The translations under genes were made by a program, and so were the position numbers. Below the pieces are notes generated by a model. It had not been told where the DNA came from. It worked only from the letters and a program-made list of their open reading frames with translations, and did no database searches. Source: an uncultured Verrucomicrobiae bacterium (lineage in GTDB: Bacteria > Verrucomicrobiota > Verrucomicrobiia > Chthoniobacterales > Chthoniobacteraceae). Taken from it: a stretch of 64,000 nt of DNA. The stretch spans positions 1,664,001 through 1,728,000 of the forward strand of contig CAWIKF010000002.1 in NCBI GenBank assembly GCA_963836755.1, in the 5' to 3' direction. Shown piece after piece: positions 61,183 to 64,000 of the stretch. Position 1 is the stretch's first letter, and each line of letters begins with the position of its first letter.

Positions 61183-61884
61183 TTACGCCGCTTTCTGCGC
61201 GGCGACTGCGGCGAGGATCGATTCGAAAATAATCCCGCCGTCCGTGCTGCCGAGCCGTGCATCGCAGGCGCGCTCCGGATGCGGCATCATGCCGAAAACA
61301 TTGCGCCCGCGATTGCAGATGCCGGCAATGTTTTCCACCGACCCATTCGGACATGCCGCGGGAGTGGCCGCGCCGTGGTCATCGACGTAGCGGAGCAAAA
61401 TCTGCCGGTGCAAAGTCAGGTCGCGCAAAGTCTCGTCGCTCGCGACGTAACACCCTTCGCCATGTGCGACCGGAATGTTTAACGTTGTTCCTGTCCATGT
61501 CGCGTTCGTGAATGGCGTGTCGATATTCTCCACGCGCACGCGGCGATGTTCGCAGATGAAGTGGAGTGATTGGTTTCGAATGAGCGCGCCAGGCAGCAGC
61601 CGCGCCTCGCACAAAATCTGGAATCCGTTGCAAATCCCGAGCACGAGTGCGCCCGCGTCCGCCGCTTCGCAAACACTTTTCATCACCGGCGAAAAGCGGG
61701 CGATTGCTCCGCAGCGCAGATAATCGCCATACGAAAATCCGCCCGGCAGCACGATCAGATCATAGCCCGCGACGGACGTCTCCTTGTGCCAGACATATTC
61801 CGTTTCGATGCCGTAAAAGTTCAGCGCCGCGAAGCAATCTTGATCGCAGTTCGAGCCGGGGAATCGGACGACGGCCGCTTTCAT
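61183..61884 (-). CDS. purQ: FGAM synthase glutaminase subunit PurQ
   Basis: FPGSNCD, PGGFSYGDYLR, GICNGFQ, AHGEG, MMPHPER. Confidence 0.98.
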   Translation of the reverse strand: MKAAVVRFPGSNCDQDCFAALNFYGIETEYVWHKETSVAGYDLIVLPGGFSYGDYLRCGAIARFSPVMKSVCEAADAGALVLGICNGFQILCEARLLPGALIRNQSLHFICEHRRVRVENIDTPFTNATWTGTTLNIPVAHGEGCYVASDETLRDLTLHRQILLRYVDDHGAATPAACPNGSVENIAGICNRGRNVFGMMPHPERACDARLGSTDGGIIFESILAAVAAQKAA

Positions 61885-62066
61885 CGCAGGTCGCGCATCC
61901 GCTGGTCCGCGTGATAATCATTCACGACGCAGATCGCGTGGACGACGCCCGGCACCCAGCCGAGCGCAGTCAGGAACAAGCTCAGGATGAAACTCGACAT
62001 CCGGCCGGTGAGCAGCACCGCGAGCGGCGGCATGACGATGCAGAAAAAGTAGCGAAGCGCTTTCAC
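61881..62066 (-). CDS. YqaE/Pmp3 (UPF0057) small membrane protein
   Basis: PPLAV…LTALGWVPGVVHA signature; its stop overlaps the purQ start. Confidence 0.88.
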   Translation of the reverse strand: MKALRYFFCIVMPPLAVLLTGRMSSFILSLFLTALGWVPGVVHAICVVNDYHADQRMRDLR

Positions 62067-62073
62067 GGAACTT

Positions 62074-62304
62074 TTACTTTTGAATCTCCAGCCGGTAGTC
62101 CTCGATCACCGGGTTTGAAAGCAGGTCGCGGCAAACCTCGTGCAGCTTTTCCTCGTCCGCGCCTTCCATTTCGATGTCGATGAATTTGCCGACGCGGACG
62201 CTTTTCACTCCCGGCAATCCGTGGTGATGGATCGCGTCGCGCACCGCGATTCCCTGCGGGTCGAGCACAGTTTTTTTCGGCATCACGATCACGTTTGCTT
62301 TCAT
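62074..62304 (-). CDS. purS: FGAM synthase subunit PurS
   Basis: MKANVIVMPK..VLDPQG, VRVGK, LL.NPVIEDY; ATG at 62304. Confidence 0.96.
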   Translation of the reverse strand: MKANVIVMPKKTVLDPQGIAVRDAIHHHGLPGVKSVRVGKFIDIEMEGADEEKLHEVCRDLLSNPVIEDYRLEIQK

Positions 62305-62392
62305 GCTGGATAAACTGGAAGGCGTGGCGGCAAACTGCAACCGCATTCGCATTTGTGCTGCGCGCCGCGTCCGCGGGACATAAACTCCAGGC

Positions 62393-63679
62393 ATGAACCA
62401 CACCCGTTCCCACGCCGCATTCGAGCGGGCGAGCAGGCGCATCCCCGGCGGCGTGAATTCCCCCGTGCGCGCCTTTCGCGGCGTCGGCGGCGAACCGTTC
62501 TTCATCGAGCGCGCGAGCGGCGCCCACATCTGGGACATCGACGGCAACGAATACATCGACTACGTCGGCACATGGGGCCCGGCCATTCTCGGCCACGCGC
62601 CCGCCGTCGTGCTCGATGCCATCAAGCAAACCGCCGACCGCGGCACCAGCTTCGGCATTCCGAACCCACTCGAGCTCGAAATGGCCGAGCTCATCTGCGA
62701 TTGGATGCCGTCCGTGGAAAAAGTTCGCATGGTCAATAGCGGCACCGAGGCCACCATGTCGTGCATCCGCCTCGCGCGCGGCTTCACCGGGCGCGACAAG
62801 ATCATCAAATTCGAAGGCTGCTACCACGGCCACGTCGACTCGCTTTTGGTCAAAGCCGGCAGCGGCGCGCTCACACACGGCGAGCCCGACAGCGCCGGAG
62901 TCCCCGCCGCGCTCGCTGATCTCACCATCACCCTCCCATTCAATGACGCGCAGGCGCTGCGCTCCGTCTTTCGGCACGAGGGGAGCAAAATCGCCGCCGT
63001 CATCCTCGAGCCGATCCCTGCCAATGCCGGGCTTTACTTCCCGCGCGACGGCTTCCTCGAGCTCCTCTGCCAGCTCTGCGCCGAGCACGACGCGCTGCTG
63101 ATTTTCGACGAAGTCATGACCGGCTTTCGCGTCGCACGCGGCGGCGCGCAATCGCTCTACGGCATCGTCCCCGACCTCACCGCGCTCGGGAAAATCATCG
63201 GCGGCGGCCTTCCCGTCGGCGCATTCGGCGGCCGCGCCGACATCATGGACCAGCTCTCGCCCGACGGCCCCGTCTATCAAGCGGGCACCCTCTCCGGCAA
63301 CCCGCTCGCCCTGGCCGCCGGCCTCGCGCAGCTCCGCGAGCTCGACCGCCTCGATGGCTGGAAAAAACTCGACGCCCTCGGCGAGACGCTCGAGTCCGCG
63401 ACGCGCGACGCTTTGAAAAAAGCGAGCCGCGACTACGTCTTCCACCGCATCGGCTCCATGTTTTGCCTCTTCTTCACCGACGGCCCCGTGCGCAACCTCC
63501 TCGACGCGCAGCGGAGCGACCGCGCAGCCTTTGCGATCTTTTTCCACGCCTGCCTCGAGCGCGGCATCTACTTTGCCCCGTCGCAATTCGAGACCGGCTT
63601 CCTCTCCCTCGCGCACAGCGGCGAAGACATCGCCCGCACCGCCAGGATCGTCGCCGAATCGCTCATCGCCCGCAGTTAA
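62393..63679 (+). CDS. hemL: Glutamate-1-semialdehyde 2,1-aminomutase
   Basis: PGGVNSPVRAF, NSGTEATM, GCYHGH, FDEVMTGFR, GKIIGGG.PVG, AGTLSGNP, PSQFE. Confidence 0.98.
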   Translation: MNHTRSHAAFERASRRIPGGVNSPVRAFRGVGGEPFFIERASGAHIWDIDGNEYIDYVGTWGPAILGHAPAVVLDAIKQTADRGTSFGIPNPLELEMAELICDWMPSVEKVRMVNSGTEATMSCIRLARGFTGRDKIIKFEGCYHGHVDSLLVKAGSGALTHGEPDSAGVPAALADLTITLPFNDAQALRSVFRHEGSKIAAVILEPIPANAGLYFPRDGFLELLCQLCAEHDALLIFDEVMTGFRVARGGAQSLYGIVPDLTALGKIIGGGLPVGAFGGRADIMDQLSPDGPVYQAGTLSGNPLALAAGLAQLRELDRLDGWKKLDALGETLESATRDALKKASRDYVFHRIGSMFCLFFTDGPVRNLLDAQRSDRAAFAIFFHACLERGIYFAPSQFETGFLSLAHSGEDIARTARIVAESLIARS

Positions 63680-64000
63680 AAGTCGCGCGAAGCAAGCTCG
63701 ATCATCCTTGACGATGGCTTGCTGGAGGAATCACGAATAGCACAGCCTCACCTTCCGGATAACGCCTCTGGTAGCGTTCGGCGATGCCATCAAATCGGAT
63801 GGTGGTGTAGCCATTGGTGCCCGCGGTGGAGTCAACTTCGAAGCCGGTCGCGTGTGCAATCGCCCGAAGTAAATACCGAAAAGTGCATTGCCTTGGTCGC
63901 GGGCGATAACTGGCGATCCCGACCTTCCGTTAAGTTTTATGCAGGATTAATGGGAATTGGACGGTGGTGATTTCGGCAAGGTATTTTTTGTTGATGTCGC

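Noticed and set aside
63680..64000. 83-aa ORF 63719-63970 after hemL
   Set aside because: No motif support and atypical composition. It cannot be interpreted at the window edge.

Overview
GC-rich bacterial chromosome segment. The prepilin H-X9-DG gene, paired PilB/GspE ATPases and abundant glycoside hydrolases suggest Verrucomicrobiota/PVC (inference). Housekeeping genes: ispH, pilB-pilT-pilB, gatB, tRNA-Thr(CGT), treS, RND efflux, lemA-TPM-TPM, aminotransferase-uricase-xdhC, hrpB, gpsA, plsY, polX, emrAB, purL/purQ/purS and hemL. Two glycoside-hydrolase patches are present (GH2/GH3; GH29/GH78/GH2/GH92). The most striking unexplained structure is a recurring module: a ~210-250 bp degenerate tandem array with a 21-bp (or 42 = 2x21 bp) period, lying ~70-160 bp upstream of an orphan 233-256 aa Ala-rich, predicted all-helical protein with a Pro-rich tail. 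It occurs three times (about 35.6, 43.8 and 54.4 kb), each with a different repeat sequence, and a fourth array without such a gene lies at 2.1-2.4 kb. One copy splits emrA from emrB. Copies lie next to a higB toxin relic and a gene with integron-cassette-like ends. No integrase, transposase or CRISPR array was recognised. Family calls come from motif recognition only; no searches were run.
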